From the NCBI GenBank assembly GCA_038087875.1, contig CM075988.1, forward strand, positions 24,740,001 to 24,804,000: a DNA stretch of 64,000 nt, read 5' to 3'. The stretch is from Malacoraja senta. Its lineage: Eukaryota. Positions 34,921 through 48,614 of this stretch are shown here, in pieces. A program made the position numbers and the translations under genes. A model generated the notes under the pieces. It had not been told where the DNA came from and ran no database searches. It was given only the letters and a program-made list of their open reading frames with translations. How positions within the stretch are numbered: position 1 is the first letter of the stretch; each line of letters starts with the position of its first letter.

Positions 34921-35450
34921 AATATCTCCACCAGTAAAATCAGCTGTCCTTCATGGTGGGGTAAAAATTGATCTGCTGGGAGTCCGATAATGTTCATAAA
35001 GCTCTAATTCATTTCAGTAAATTTAATCAAATCTTCTGAACATTTAAGGCACTTTATTTGTTTGCTGAAAAAATGAGTATCATTCTTAAGCTACACAACG
35101 TGGCTAATTTGAGTCATTTGACTTCTTTGGATTGAAAGATTTACAAAAATCTCGTTAAGATTAAAAATCCTAACATTTAAAATCTGCATACTCTGTACAA
35201 GCACTGACATAGTTAAGTTGGGCCAAAGGACCTTATTCTGTTCTAAAAGCTCTTGGTAGTGTTTAAGGAAATTGTCAACATTACACAACCTCATGTAAAA
35301 TGCACTCAGAATGGATTTTCGATTAAAGGAATAGATTGAGTCAAAATATGCATTTATGCAAAAAGAGACTTAATTGGATCATTTGGTTGCAATTTAAAGC
35401 AGAAATGAGATTCCAAAAAGAAATTGTGGGATTGGAAAGGTACAAATCAG

Positions 35451-35755
35451 GTGGCATAGTGGCACAGTGGCACAGCTGGTTGTCCCACTGGCTCAGGTTA
35501 TAGCAACTGGCTGCAATCCTGTTTCCAATGCTGTGTGTAAGGAGTTTGCACATTCATGTGGACTTCCTCTGAGTGTTCCAGTTTACTCCAACATCCTAAT
35601 AATGTATGGTTAGTTAGCTTGATTTGCCACTGCAGATTGCTCCAAGGGTGTAGGTGAATAGTAGCGTCTGGGAGAAAATTATGGAAATGTGTGAAGAATA
35701 AAATGGGATTCATGCAAATGGAAGCTTAATGGTTGACTTGGACTCGGTGAGACAA
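35451..35755 (+). mobile_element. Diverged tRNA-derived SINE
   Basis: GGCACAGTGGCACAGCTGG head and GGAGTTTGCACATTC central domain. Confidence 0.65.
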
Positions 35756-35799
35756 AAAAATCATTTTTGGACATTTTCTTCCCCTCAACCTACTTTCCT

Positions 35800-36237
35800 T
35801 CCTCTAGCTTCACAATTTGCAAATCCTTTTGTCTCACACCTTCTGCATTTTCATCTCTGGCCCTTGCCCAACCATCTACCTCTCAAAAGCCCCCGCTCGT
35901 CTGTATCAACCTATTACTTGCCAGCTTTAATGTTTATTGCTTTATGTGTCATTCTTAACCGTCACTGCATATCATGTTGTCACTTGCGGGCGGAGCACCA
36001 AGGCAAATTCCTTGTATGTGAATACTTGGCCAATAAACTTATTCATTCATTCTTTGTCCTGCTCCTCACTTCCAGCTTTCTTCACCCCCCCCCCCACCCC
36101 CCAATCAATCTGAAGAAGAGTCCTGACCACAAATATCAACTATCTATGTTCTCTAGAGATGCTGCCTGACCCGCTGAGTTACTCCAACACTTTGTGTCTT
36201 TTTCATACACCAGCATCTGCAGTGCCTTCTTTCTACA
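35800..36237 (+). mobile_element. Penelope-like 3' UTR and terminal repeat, interrupted by a LINE 3' tail (~35929-36052)
   Basis: Pyrimidine-rich UTR, TCTGAAGAAGAGTCCTGACC and family body; the insert ends GCCAATAAACTTATTCATTCATTC. Confidence 0.7.
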
Positions 36238-36980
36238 TAGATGATGTATTGTTTGGTTAAAGAAAATAATTGACAAGAGATTTAAAGAGGAAAGAGGTGG
36301 GCAGATTAAGGAAGATAATTACTATGTGTAAGGCTTTTGAAACCACAACCATTCATGTTGGAAATGTACAGAATGGCAGTACTTGAGAAGCACAGAGATC
36401 ACAGGTTTTTGCCAGGCTGAAGGAGGGTGCTGAGACAGGCTTTTGAAACATGACCGCTAGTATTATAATTGAAATGTTACTGGACCAGGAGCCAAGGACA
36501 GTGGGTGGATGAATGAATGGAGGAACTCTTTATTTGTGGCTTCATAGCACAAACAAAATACTGGGAACTCTTTCACCTTTGTTTCTATGACTTTCTTTTC
36601 AAAACTCCATACACAATCTGTATTTGTTCTGCATCATATTGTAATTTGCATTTAGAGTCATACAACGTGGAAACAGTCCCTTCAGCTCAACCTGCCCACA
36701 CTGACCGTGGTAGATTAACTTGTATTTTGATACATTTCTCAGTTCAAACACTTCATGGAACAATTGCCATTCACCTGATTGCCTACAGTAGGCAGGCTCG
36801 GTCTTGAACCTACATCCTTGATAATGTTATATCCCCTTACTGTTGTATTAGTGTGTCAACTTTGAACTTATCCCTAGTTCTTAATATGGAGGTAGATCGT
36901 ATAGTCTTCTGGCCCCAAAACAAATTATTTTAACCATTGAGGCAAACGAAATGTAATGCTAACAAACATAGCTGGATGAA

Positions 36981-37254
36981 GTCTGAAGAAGGGTCCCAAC
37001 CTGAAACATCACCTATGCATGTGTAAGAAGGAACTGCAGATGCTGGTTTAAACCGAAGATAGACACATACAGCTGGAGTAACTCAGCGGGACAGGCAGCA
37101 TCTCTGGACTGAAGGAATGGGTGACATTTCGGGTCGATACCCTTCTTCAGACATCACCTATGCATGTTCTCCAGGGAGCTGTCAGACCCATTTAGTTACA
37201 CTGGCACTTTATGTCTTTTTTTGTAACCCAGCATCTGCAGTTCCTTGTTCTGCA
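36981..37254. mobile_element. Nested Penelope-derived cassettes: a - strand copy (37023-37152) inside a + strand copy
   Basis: 17-bp TSD ACATCACCTATGCATGT at 37006-37022 and 37151-37167; removing the insert restores a contiguous + strand cassette. Confidence 0.9.
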
Positions 37255-38509
37255 TAGCTTAATGATTATCTGTTTTAGACCCATGCTGTTCCATATGACT
37301 ATTCTTAAAGAACATCTGGTTTTCTAATTAGCTTCAAAACAAACTGTGGAAGAAGGAAAAATAATCACCCCGTATTAGTGATTATTAAAGAAAAGCATAC
37401 TTGGTGTTTAACTGAATGTTCACTACAGTTGAATAGTGCACGAGATCTTATTGCTTTGGAATGACCATTTCAAGTATAAAATCATGAGAGGAATAGATCG
37501 GGTAAATGCACAGAGTCTCTTGCCCAGAGTAGGTGAATCGAGGACCAGAGAAAAAGAGAAAGAAAAGCCAAAGTTTGCTGGTTAAAAAAACTTGACCAGT
37601 TCACATTAAGAAATGCAACCAATGCAAAACTAAAGATAAACAGACATGTAAGTGGAGCCCCATGGAGTTTACATAATCCAGTCAGCCCAGTCTAATAAAA
37701 CCATTAAAAAAAATCAAATAAAGCACAGTGTTCCATAGTCAAGGAATAGAAGCGAAAAGCAGAGAAGTTATGTTAAACTCAGACTAACCCCTGGTTAGAC
37801 CACACTTGGAGTTCTGTGTCGTGGTTGATTTCCATTTTATAATAAATAATATAGAGGCTCTCGAAATGTGTTAAAATGATTGATAAGAATGTTACCAAAA
37901 TCATTATGTTATATCAGGAAAGATTGAAAAAAGAGAATGTTCAGGGGTGATCCCTCAAAGAAATCTTTAAGATTATGAAAAGAAGTGATGAAAAAAACAT
38001 TGAGAAAAATTTTCCAGTGGTGGAAGAGACTGGAATTAGGGACCTTGATTAAATTAGGACCCCAGAAGAACTCTACTCTCCTTCAAATTAGTACCATTCT
38101 ATTGTTAAAGGCAACTGAACCATCCGACACAACAAGAGAGCAGTCCTGTAACCTCCCAAGGAATTAGTCAGAGAGATGAGCAGAGATGAGCCAAGGTTAA
38201 TACTTCTATTTGTTTCTTTCTGTTGAGTGTGTAGTGTTTGTGAGTTAAATACAGTGACCAAAGGAGGAGGCGGTGGGGCAGGGGCTTGCCGACTAAGTCA
38301 ACAGTTTACGATTGACATTTATGTTTACTTACTGTGTGGGATCCTTTATTGCTTCATGTATTCTGGCTTCAATTTCTAGGATTTTAGGATTCCAGATACT
38401 TCAAGTTCTTGGATTTGTCCTTTAAATGTGGTCCAGTCACTAAACACTGACTACACTGTAGCATGTCAATGAGGTAACCGAAGCATATACAACAACACAC
38501 CAGATAGTC

Positions 38510-38573
38510 AGTCTGTAGAAAGGTCTCAACCCGAAACGTCACCCCTCCTTCTCTCCAAAGAGGCTGCTGAGTT
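38510..38573 (+). mobile_element. Penelope-derived cassette fragment
   Basis: GTCTGTAGAAAGGTCTCAACCCGAAACGTCACCC. Confidence 0.7.
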
Positions 38574-38864
38574 GTTGTCTAACAGTCTGGATATATCATT
38601 TAATTTAGCAGATAACCAGGGATTGGGTCCAATCTGTGGTGCAGTATTTTCTAATCAATGTACATCAGTGTTATATACTTAACTTCTGACAAAGGAAAAA
38701 GCAAACTTGCCTTGAAATTTTGCATCTGTTAGCACCATAATAAGTGAATTTGCCCAGTGCGATTCACTCAATTATTACTTTCAGCAGTATCAGGCATAAC
38801 TCAGTAGTTAGTCTGAACAATTTTTAATTCCACACAATGGACTTGAGTAAGAAGTCCATCCTGA

Positions 38865-39317
38865 TAACTCGAGGGTCTGAGCTACGGGGAGAGGTTGAGC
38901 AGGCTGGGACTCAATTCCTTGGAGAGGAGGAGGATGAGGAATGATCTTATAGAGGTGTATAAAATTATGAGAGGAATAGATTGGGTAGATCCACACACAG
39001 AGTCGCTTGCCCAGGGTATGGGAATCGAGAACCAGAGGGCATAGGTTTATGGTGAAGGAGGAAAGATTTAATAGGAATTTGAGGGGTAACTTTTTCACAT
39101 AAAGGGTGGTGGGTTTATGGAACGAGCTGCCGCAGGAGGTAGTTGAGGCAGGGACAATTGCAACGTTTAAGAAACAATTAGACAGGTACATGGATAGGAC
39201 AGGTTTGGAGGGATATGGGCCAAACCTAGACAGGTGGGACGGGTGTAGATGGGACAGGTTGGTCAGTATGAGCAAGTTGGGCCGAAAGGCCTGTTTCCAT
39301 TCTGTATGATTCTATGA
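38865..39317 (+). mobile_element. CR1 3' end fragment
   Basis: VVGLWNELPQEVVEAGTIATFKKQLDRYMDR, 3' UTR and TATGATTCTATGA tail. Confidence 0.85.
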
Positions 39318-39324
39318 TAAATCC

Positions 39325-39460
39325 AGTTCAATACTGAGGGAGTGCTTCACTGTCAGAAATATTGGCTTTTTGATAAAATATTTAACCTATTTGCACAGTA
39401 CTTTTAATAGGAGTTGGGAATATTCTCCTGGTGGCTTAGCCAATATGTATCCCTAAAGAA
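39325..39460 (+). mobile_element. Deu-domain SINE fragment
   Basis: ATACTGAGGGAGTGCTTCACTGTCAGA...TTCTCCTGGTGGCTTAGCCAATATGTATCCCT resembles the AmnSINE1/SacSINE1 central domain. Confidence 0.55.
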
Positions 39461-42400
39461 ACAATGTGATGCTGGTATTGGCGACCGGTAGGGGGTTATA
39501 GGAAGGGTGACATGGTGTACAGCACATGGTTTTCATCAGCTGTAATTATCTAATGACGCATCAACTCAGCACTGACCATTTATTAAATTTGTGCCCGCCA
39601 GTCTCTGGCAGCCTTCTCCACAGGGCCAGCCATTGTATGTTGACTTATTGAGGGAGTTGTTTATTCTTTGTCCCAGCGAAATGCAAAAAACAAGAATTTC
39701 CTACTCATTTGGAAAGTCAAATCCAAGACACCCCTTGATGTTAAAACGGATTTGCCTAACAAGGTCTATGGCAATTAAATTGGAATCATTGTAAAATCTT
39801 AAACCTGGAAGGTTTAAAATAAAGCTTTAAACAGTCTGGCCTTTCTCAATGGATAATAGGTTGTGCAAGTACTTTGTGTCCCCAGAATTATTCCAAGCAG
39901 GACATAATGTAATCAAACTAGCATTCGATAGGGGCCATAAATTATTAAATACATAAATCTTACGGAAGGAATCATTTTTCAGCCGCCCATCTCAGCAACT
40001 TCGATTTCCTCAGCAGAGAAAATCAATGGACCTAATCAAACAGCATTAAAAGGATGCTGTTTGTGTCTGTCAGATTGTTGGAATGCAACTATTTGAATTG
40101 AAACAAGATAATGAGCAGTGCCCTTCTCTACTCAGACGGCTAGTGTCTGGGGCAATGTCATACGGTCGTGTGGAGGGGTCTGGGACGAGGGGAGTTTAAT
40201 AAGCATTGTCAGAAGAGATATACAGGTCCACTCTGGTGTAATGAAAGCTTCTGTCCCACAGGAAGCCAGATTCAGTTACAGCCACAGAGTCTAGTGGAAG
40301 CACTAAAGCATTAAGAGGCTCAGGTGATGTCACACAATTATGCATATACTTTTTATGTACTTTTATTGCTGGCTGTTTTAAAAGGAGACAGTTCATCTGG
40401 GAAACCTCCCGTTAGAAGATTAGAATATGTGGTATAGAATTACATAAAATGTGCAGCATAGAAGCTGGTGCTCAGCTTGGCTCGGTCATGTTCATGTTTA
40501 TGTTCAATACAGACATTCTCCATTTCTCTTCATCAAATTTTATTATCATAACCTTTTGTTCCTTCCTCTCTCATGCACTCTTCCAGAATCCCCTTAAACA
40601 TATCAACCAGATTCTAACTACTATGTGTAAGGTTTCCCCTGAATTCTTTATTATTACTGCCGCCGGCACCTTATATATTTGTGGCTACTGATTATTGTTT
40701 CTCTTCATAAAGATAAACAGTTCTACATTTCTGCCCTATCAAGCCCAACCATTGTCTATCAGGACAGCCTTTAAGCTTTCAGCTTTTCAAAGAAAAGAAC
40801 CTTGGCCTATTTCCAGATAAGTTTACATTTTCAGATTTTAGCATCAATCTTTTGATTATTTGACAAGGTCTCACCTCCTAGTAGCGATAAAGTTGCACAA
40901 AATTAATAGCTGAATTGAAAACTGACTTGGCAATGAATAGCCGGTTCAATGGGCAGGGCTCTTATCTGGGGAATTGTCAATGAGTATAGTTTTGTCCCTT
41001 TGCGATTTAGCCTATTGTTTATCCTGCTGTTGCAACACACATGAAAACAGCTATTTGGGGGTATATTATCAAATTTGTGTATGAAATGCAACCAAAGCAG
41101 GCTGATAGTAGCATCGTAATTATGTTACTGGAATAGTAGTCGTGTTACTGGATTAGTAATCCATCTGGAGTAATGAGCAATAAACAAAAGTTAAAATCCC
41201 ATCACATCAGCTAGAAATTTAAACTCAGAGTAGATAAACAATCCTGGCCCTCTCCTGAGATTCCCACCATCACAGCAGACAGTTGTCGGACAATTTGATT
41301 CCCTCCACTTTATGTTAAGAAAAGGTTGCTTCATTTGAGACCCAAGCGAATATTAACATTTTGGATTGTTACGTGGAAAGTAACCTTCATTAAACATAGG
41401 TACTTTGCATTGACCAGGGTCTAACCACCTCTATTTGATAATCTGTGCTTGATTATTCTACTGTTTTCAACATTATATTTACACCCTTTTAAACAGAAAT
41501 CATCCATATGAATACTGTGTCTCACTTCCTGATTTCCGATAGCATTCTTTCTTTCTATATGGCATACTAAAGGATGATGGGGTCAAGGAAAGAGCGTTCA
41601 CGTCGCGGCCCTGTTTCCACCAATCTTTCCACCACCACGCACAAGAAGCACAAGCAGCGACAAGACAGGCACCATTGTGTGCAGATGCCGAGAGGTGTGT
41701 TCAGCTGTGGCTGAACAACTTCTAATCTTGTGTGTGGACTTGATAAGAAGAAGGAGTATGATGAGATGCTCTCCACTTTCCAATAGCTTAAGCAACACAC
41801 AAGGATCTCAGATTATGGCACAACAAAAAAGTCCCACTTGATTACCAACAATCTTAAAGATTTGCTGCTTTGCTTTGTTGCAGTGGCTGCCATCTCCCAG
41901 ATGGGCAGGAGGATTTGGTCAATTCTTCTCCAGTAGCACCTCTGGAAGTTGTGATCTCAACCGCACATGAATATAAGTGCATTCTAAGCATGGGAATAAT
42001 GCCACTCCCAAATTGATCTTCAAGACAAGACCATCTATATTGCAATCCTTTATTATTGCTGCATCATTTTATTAAACTCTGCACCGAACAGCAAGGGATG
42101 GCATTCAGTATTCAAGAGGCTCACGACTCCATTTTCAAGGGTGTCTTGGAATGTTCTTACCTGGGATACCCACATACCCAAGAAGAACCCAAAAAGGAAA
42201 TAGGTTAATTAGATTTGAAAGTGTGCAGAGGAATTAAAGCGTTTTGTGAACTGGACTTAATGTGGTAAATTGCCAGCTAATGATAAATAAGGCAAAAAAA
42301 TAAGTTGGTATAATGTGTGCATCAAGGGGAACAATCAAATTCCTCTCCCTTGGAAAGCGGTTCTATTGAAACCCTAACTATTTCTTTGTTGTGCTGAGAT

Positions 42401-43066
42401 GTACCACTGCTAGCCAACAAACCAATCAGCAATTTCCATCGGCAAGATTATCTAACATAAATCGTGAACATGCTGGTTGATTTACTTTCCCACACTATCT
42501 CCTATATAAATTGCACCTCTCCTTCATTCTGCATTGTAAAAAAACTTGCTGAACTGCTCTTTAAAATCAAATCAATCTTTCTGAGCTGACATCAACAGCA
42601 TAGCAACCTAATAATTATTAATGCAATGCCATTTAAACTCTACGGCTCAGAAATGGAATAATATGATCTCTTGATTTTCATTTCCAACAATAGTCATTTC
42701 TGCTTAAAGATTTTTAAGAAAGTTGGTGTTTTTTTCTTGTTTTTTTCTTTCTGTCTCCCTTATCTCTATTTTTTAAATTTAATCTTTCTTTCCATTTTTT
42801 TTATTTCCCCATTCTGAAACTTATTTGACTCTAATTTGCCCTGTTTCCTTCACTATCATCCCTGTATTTGTTAGTTGTTTAAAAGAACAGACTATTGAAC
42901 CCATCATTTGCAAAAGCCACATGAGTTCCACTGCCTAATGAAAGCAGAATTTGAGAAAGTCTAACTTTGGGAAAGATACAAAGGCAGAGGATCTCATGCA
43001 TGGCCTGAGATTCCCCGCCTAACCAAAGATGGGAAACAAAGAGGATTTGGATAGTGTCCTGGGCAG

Positions 43067-43326
43067 GTTTAGTTTAGTTTAGATGCAGCACGGAAACAGG
43101 CCCTTCGGCCCACCAAGACCACGCCAACCAGCGATCCCCATACACTAACATTATCCAACACACACTAGGGACAACTTACTTTTTTACCAAGCCAATTAAC
43201 CTACAAACCTGTATGTCTTTGTAGTGTGGGAGGAAACCGGAGCAGCCGGAGAAACCCACGTGGTCACAAGGAGAACATACTAACTTCATACAGACAACAC
43301 CCATAGTCAGGATCAAACCCAGGTTC
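43067..43326 (-). mobile_element. tRNA-derived SINE (HE1/V-SINE-like), 5'-truncated
   Basis: (GTTTA)n tail, GGAAACAGGCCCTTCGGCCC and the central domain in reverse. Confidence 0.85.
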
Positions 43327-44026
43327 TTCATTTTAGGAAGGAATCTAGATCTCAGTGAACCGTACAAAGGATTTCTTATTCTGGCACCAGGAATAAAAGG
43401 CTTAATAAAATGAAAGCCTAAAAGCCTAAGAGTCTGGAGAACTTGGGGGTGTTCTCTTCAGAGTCAGAATCGTAAAAGGAGATTTGATTAAAGTGGGCAA
43501 TATTGTAAAGTGCCTTGACAGTATGAATAAGATTATTTCTTTCCCAACAGCAGAAGAGTTGGTAACAAGAAAACACAAATCCAAGGCTATCGACGAAAGT
43601 ACTGCAGCTAACAGACATTTTTTTTAAATTCAGTGCTTTAATATCTTGAATGCACTGGCTGAAGAAGTGAAGATAGCAAATTTAATATTGTTTTTTTTAA
43701 ATGAATTGGATAAAAATTTGAAGGGGAAAATTGAGTCCCTAAAATTTGTCTCTAAAATGAATCAAATAAAACAACTATAAAATCTGCCAGATTTTTACAA
43801 ATATTCAACCAATTCAAACTGTTCAACACAGATATGCCATGCACAGAACACTGCCATCACTTCTTGTTCTAGCCTGTAAGTGAGCAAAGTCCTACATGTT
43901 GTGAATGAATCTCAGCACATTTCAGTTCAACTAATTTGTTAACTAATGAGCCTGGTTTACATTGACTAGGCTCATATTCTCTCGAGCTTCAAAGGGAAAG
44001 GAGTGTGCAGGCAGTGTATAGACTTG

Positions 44027-44111
44027 AGTCTGAAGAAGGATCTCGACCTGAAACGTCACCCATTCCTTCTCTCCAGAGATGCTGACTGTCCCGCTGAGTT
44101 ATTCCAGCATT
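44027..44111 (+). mobile_element. Penelope-derived cassette
   Basis: GTCTGAAGAAGGATCTCGACCTGAAACGTCACCCATTCC...CCCGCTGAGTTATTCCAGCAT. Confidence 0.85.
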
Positions 44112-44354
44112 CCAGAATACATCAAAGGTAAAGGAGTGATCCAATTAACATGATTAACAGATTTGATAGAGGTTTAGGGGCATAGCGACTCAAATGTGAT
44201 GAGAATTGGGCAGAAAAGAGGAGTTGAAGCCAAGATTAATCAGCAATGATATTATTGAATGGTGGAGCTGGCTTGAGGAGACTTATAGCCTCGTGGATTT
44301 CTTTGATTCAGATGTTCTTATGATGTAACAGATCTTAGGAACTACTTCCTCTGC

Positions 44355-45275
44355 TCAGAAGCTGATATGCAGGAAAACTCCGAAGTTAAAATGCTGGAGA
44401 GCTTGGACAAATTTGCCTGTAGCAACTTTAGCCTCACGATTAGCACCAAGGAAACAGAAGTTGTGCACGTCCTGCATCAAACAGCCCACATAGAGAATTA
44501 AACATCCTTGTGAGTGGTCAGAAGCTCTCAGTAGTGGAGGGAGCCCCCGCTCATTGCTGACAAAGTCATCGACAAGATGGCAAAAGCCAGCTCTGCTTTT
44601 GGAAGACTGAGAAATAAAGTGCGGGAATGGAGGGGAATCTGCCAACAAACAAAGCTAAATGTGTATCGTGTTGTTGTCAAGCCCACCTTACTTTATGCTT
44701 GTGAGATGTGCACAGTGTAAGTCAGACCTGCTAGATAAACTAACCACTTCCACATGACCTGTCTGCACAGAATACTTCACAGCAAGTGGCAAGACAAGAT
44801 TCCAGACACATAGACTCTGTCCCAGACAATCCTCCCCAGCATCTACACATTGCTGAAGGAATCGCGGATCAGATGGCAAGGACATGTCAGAATAACATCA
44901 GATGACAGAATACCAAAGCAGCTACTTTATGGAGAGCTGACTGAGGGAAAACGATCGTGCGCGGACATAAAAAGACTCACTTCTAACATCCCTGAAGAGT
45001 TTCAACACTGACACACGCCACTAGGAACAACAAACACTGGATTGTCCTGAATGGCATAACTGCGCAAAGTGGTGCCTGCTCACATGAGGAAGCTAGAATG
45101 GAGGAAGCAAAGAGAATAATTGAATCTTGAAAATCATAAACCATTGATGCAGCAGCAACCCCACATCTCTTTCACCTATCTGTAGAAGGATCTATCGAGC
45201 TCAGATTGGTTTAATCATCCATCTCTGTGCACATCACAACACTATATACTTGACACCGAGTGATGAACGACAATA
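44355..45275 (+). mobile_element. RTE-clade LINE 3' portion
   Basis: KASSAFGRL, TKLNVYRVVVKPTLLYACE, DDRIPKQLLYGEL; same family as 14445-15447. Confidence 0.85.
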
Positions 45276-45974
45276 CTTTCTCTGGAACAACGTGGTGTCA
45301 CCCTGAAATTTCATCTGGGGTAATCAAGAAGCACATTTTCACAGGAAAGATAATGGAAATCTGATCCCCCCCTCACCCGAAAAAAACCCTGTTGCGGCTG
45401 GAATTAGGTGAGTGGTTCATTAAACATTTCAAAACTGATAAAAGGTCCTTTTGTAAAAGATATTGAGGGATTGTCTCAGTGAACGGCAGAACATGTTTGA
45501 GAGGCTGGATAGCCTTCTGTTGTTCTTGAACACCAGATAAATACTGCCTTGTTAGAGATAGCCACATCTGAAGAGCCTGCAAAATGGAAACACGTACATA
45601 CTACAGATATAACTAAGCTCCATATATTTTAAAGATTGGTTGTAAAATTGAAGGGCATGAGATCTTAAACAAGACCAGAGAGTAAAAGTGCTATAAATCC
45701 ACAATATAGTCAATTTGTAAAATGGGATTTGGTCCAGAACAATCCCATTGTCTCTGGGATACTATGGCCCCCATATTAGCTCTGAAGGCAACAATACCAA
45801 TGTGGAACACATTAGTTTGAAGCTGTATAATGTTAGATTGATATCTTGTGCATATGATTGTCTTTGAGGTCTAGAGGAAATGTCACAGAGTTCTTGTTAG
45901 ATTTCCCTGCGGTATTGAGATCCTTGCAAGAAATTAAAACCTAGATTTTTCTACATGGTTAAATATGATTACTA

Positions 45975-46370
45975 TTTTTATTTTCATAACCTCTAAGATA
46001 TACCAAGCCATTTTCTAGCTGATGAAGTACATTTGATGTGTAGACATGATTATGTGGGAAATGTAATGGTGAATTCATGTAAAGCAAAGGCCCACACACC
46101 ACTGTGATAATAACAAGATTGTTTTTTTCTGGTAAAATTGGTTGAGCATCAAACAATAGTTGGAGCATTCAGAGCTTCTTGACTTTTCGTCAGAAGTGCC
46201 ACCCACCTGAGGAAGAAGGAAGGGCCTTATGTGTCATCAGCACTTGTAAAAATGCAGGACCTTCTCAATGGCACGAAGTGTCACTCTAAATGTTGTGGTC
46301 AGTTTTATGTATGTGTCAATTGAAACCATAGCCTTTTGAATGAGACCTCAACCTACTGAGTTTCTGATGG
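45975..46370 (-). mobile_element. Deu-domain SINE remnant
   Basis: GATGAAGTACATTTGATGTGTAG...GCAAAGGCCCACACACC...GGTTGAG...GTGCCACCCACCTGAG in reverse parallels 54470-54820. Confidence 0.5.
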
Positions 46371-47365
46371 TCTAGGCAAGCAGTCACATCAAATTGGGCG
46401 GAAATAAGTTAGATAGAGCCAAATAAAATCAGTGCTTAAAGAGTTAAAGCCAAGAACCTTTGTATCACTTTCCAAAATGTAATTCTCATCCATGCAAGAA
46501 ATTAGAAAAAGCAAGGCAGATATATAGAATGCATTTGTCAAAGAATGAGTGATTGGTACCAGCGCATACCTAGACATCATTGGTAATATATGGTGGCCTT
46601 TTCTGATGTTCTGTACAGTTGTAAAACTGAAATATAGGAAGATTAACATTGCTTAACTTCAAAAGTGGTACTTTGTGAGCACTTACAATTGAGCAGATTT
46701 GGTGCAGTCCCAGCCTTATCTGTCACAAGTAAGTTTCCACAAATGTACACAGGATAAAAGTACAAATTCCGGAATAGTTCCAAGAAATCTTACACAATCC
46801 TCGTAATTTTCCCTCTCTTGCCTCTTCTAGCTAATGCTATTAAATATTTATCGTCGCTTATTAAAGGGATTTGTAATTGGTCCGCCTCCCTAAACAAGCT
46901 TTACATAACCGTTCTTGTCTATCAGGAGACAGACAATGACAACTTTAATTGGTTTAGAATCTGTTCCAGGGAATTGCACCCTTAGTGGCCATGACCTCTG
47001 AGTCCTTCAGACATTCAGATTCTCCGCAGTGTGTCGTTCTCTGAATAGACAACACCCTGCAGAAGGAAGATTGCAAATGCTCATAATAAATCATGATGAA
47101 TATTTAAATCCTTGGCTAGCTGCTCCTGACTCTGGAATGATTCTGAATTTCTCTCACATACACACAGCACATGTTCACAAATTTACCTGAAGCATTGATT
47201 TCAAGCACCGGAACTGCTAGCTGAGCAAATGCAATTTCTGCCAATTGGTTTGATCCATTAAATTCATTTTCCTTTCATCATGCACGTTCACGTTAAATTT
47301 AACGTGTTGAATCCTTTGTCATTTCCACTGTTAAGATACTTCTTTCGCATCTACTCCCCACCCAT

Positions 47366-47535
47366 TCAGGGCAATTTACAAAGGCCAGTTAACCTACAAA
47401 CCTGCATGTCTTTGGAATGTGGGAGGAAGCCGGAGCACCTGGAGGAAATCCACGTTGTCACAGGGAGAACGTGCAAACTCCAAACAGACAGCACTCCAGA
47501 TCACGATGGAACCCAGGACTCTGGCACTGTGAGGC
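47366..47535 (-). mobile_element. tRNA-derived SINE fragment
   Basis: GGGAGGAAGCCGGAGCACCTGGAGGAAATCCACG...GGGAGAACGTGCAAACTCC. Confidence 0.8.
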
Positions 47536-48089
47536 AGCAGGTCTATCTGCTGCAACACTCTCACCTCACTGCATGTTGAGGGATCTTTCCCCTCTCCAAC
47601 TGAATCAGACAGCATGGTTTCATGAACAGTCACAAATGTTGCCAGCCCCTGGCAGAGCCTACATGGAGCAATGTGCATCTATGTGTGGTAGTGTTATGAT
47701 CTCTTGTAAACTTTGGTAATAGAGTCTGAAAAATATAAGGGGAATAGAGTTTTGACAAGAGATGAGACTAGGTGTTTTATCGTTGATAAGGTGAAAGTTA
47801 TAAATATCAATTTTTTGATGGGGTATCTTCCTTCAAACTAATCCAAACTTGTACACTGGCAGTTGCTGTCTAACCAGATATAGAAAAGCTTCAGTAACAA
47901 AAGTGAAAATCTTAACATGAGATATCATTGACCTGAAATATTAATTCTGTGTCTTTCTCACAGACGGTCCAAAATGTTGAGTGTCTCCAGCATTTTCTGT
48001 TTTATTTCAGATTTCCTGAATCTGGGCTATACCATTGTATTGTAGTATTAAAGTGCAAAATAATCCAAATTTCTGCCACAACATTTTAA

Positions 48090-48270
48090 GTAGAAACCAG
48101 GAACTGCAAATGCAAGGAATACAAAAAAAGACTAAAAGTACTGGAGTAATTCGGTGGGTCAACTGGAGAACGCGGATAGGTGACATCCTGACCTGTAACA
48201 TCAAATATTCATGCTCTCCAAAGATGCTGCCTGACCCACTGAGTTATTACAGTACTTTGTGTCTTTTTTG
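48090..48270. mobile_element. Diverged fold-back of the Penelope-derived cassette
   Basis: Left arm AAAAGTACTGGAGTAATTCGGTGGGTCA is the inverse of right arm TGACCCACTGAGTTATTACAGTACTTT. Confidence 0.75.
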
Positions 48271-48480
48271 GCATAATGTTTACCGTTACAATTAACAGGC
48301 TAATATTATAAATGGTATGCGGTTATGCTGCCAATACATAAAAACCTTCGGTGTGTGTACAATTGTGGGCTCTGGAACTTAGAAAGGATATGTTAGGAAG
48401 GAGTAGCTTGCAGATTTATCAGTTTATATTACCGGAACTCCAAATGTTCCAGTAATAAACTAGTAAGTAGATTCTAAGGC

Positions 48481-48614
48481 AGTCTGAAGAAAGGTTCCAA
48501 CCCGAAATGTCACCCATCCGTTTTCTCTAGAGATGCTGCCTGACCCGCTGAGTTACCCCAGCACTTTATGTCTATTTTCAGTATAAACCAACATCTGCAG
48601 TTGCTTCATACACA
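48481..48614 (+). mobile_element. Penelope-derived cassette with probable TSD
   Basis: Starts AGTCTGAAGAAAGG, ends CATACACA; flanks AGTAGATTCTAAGG (48466-48479) and AGTAGATTATGAGG (48614-48627), 12/14. Confidence 0.8.
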
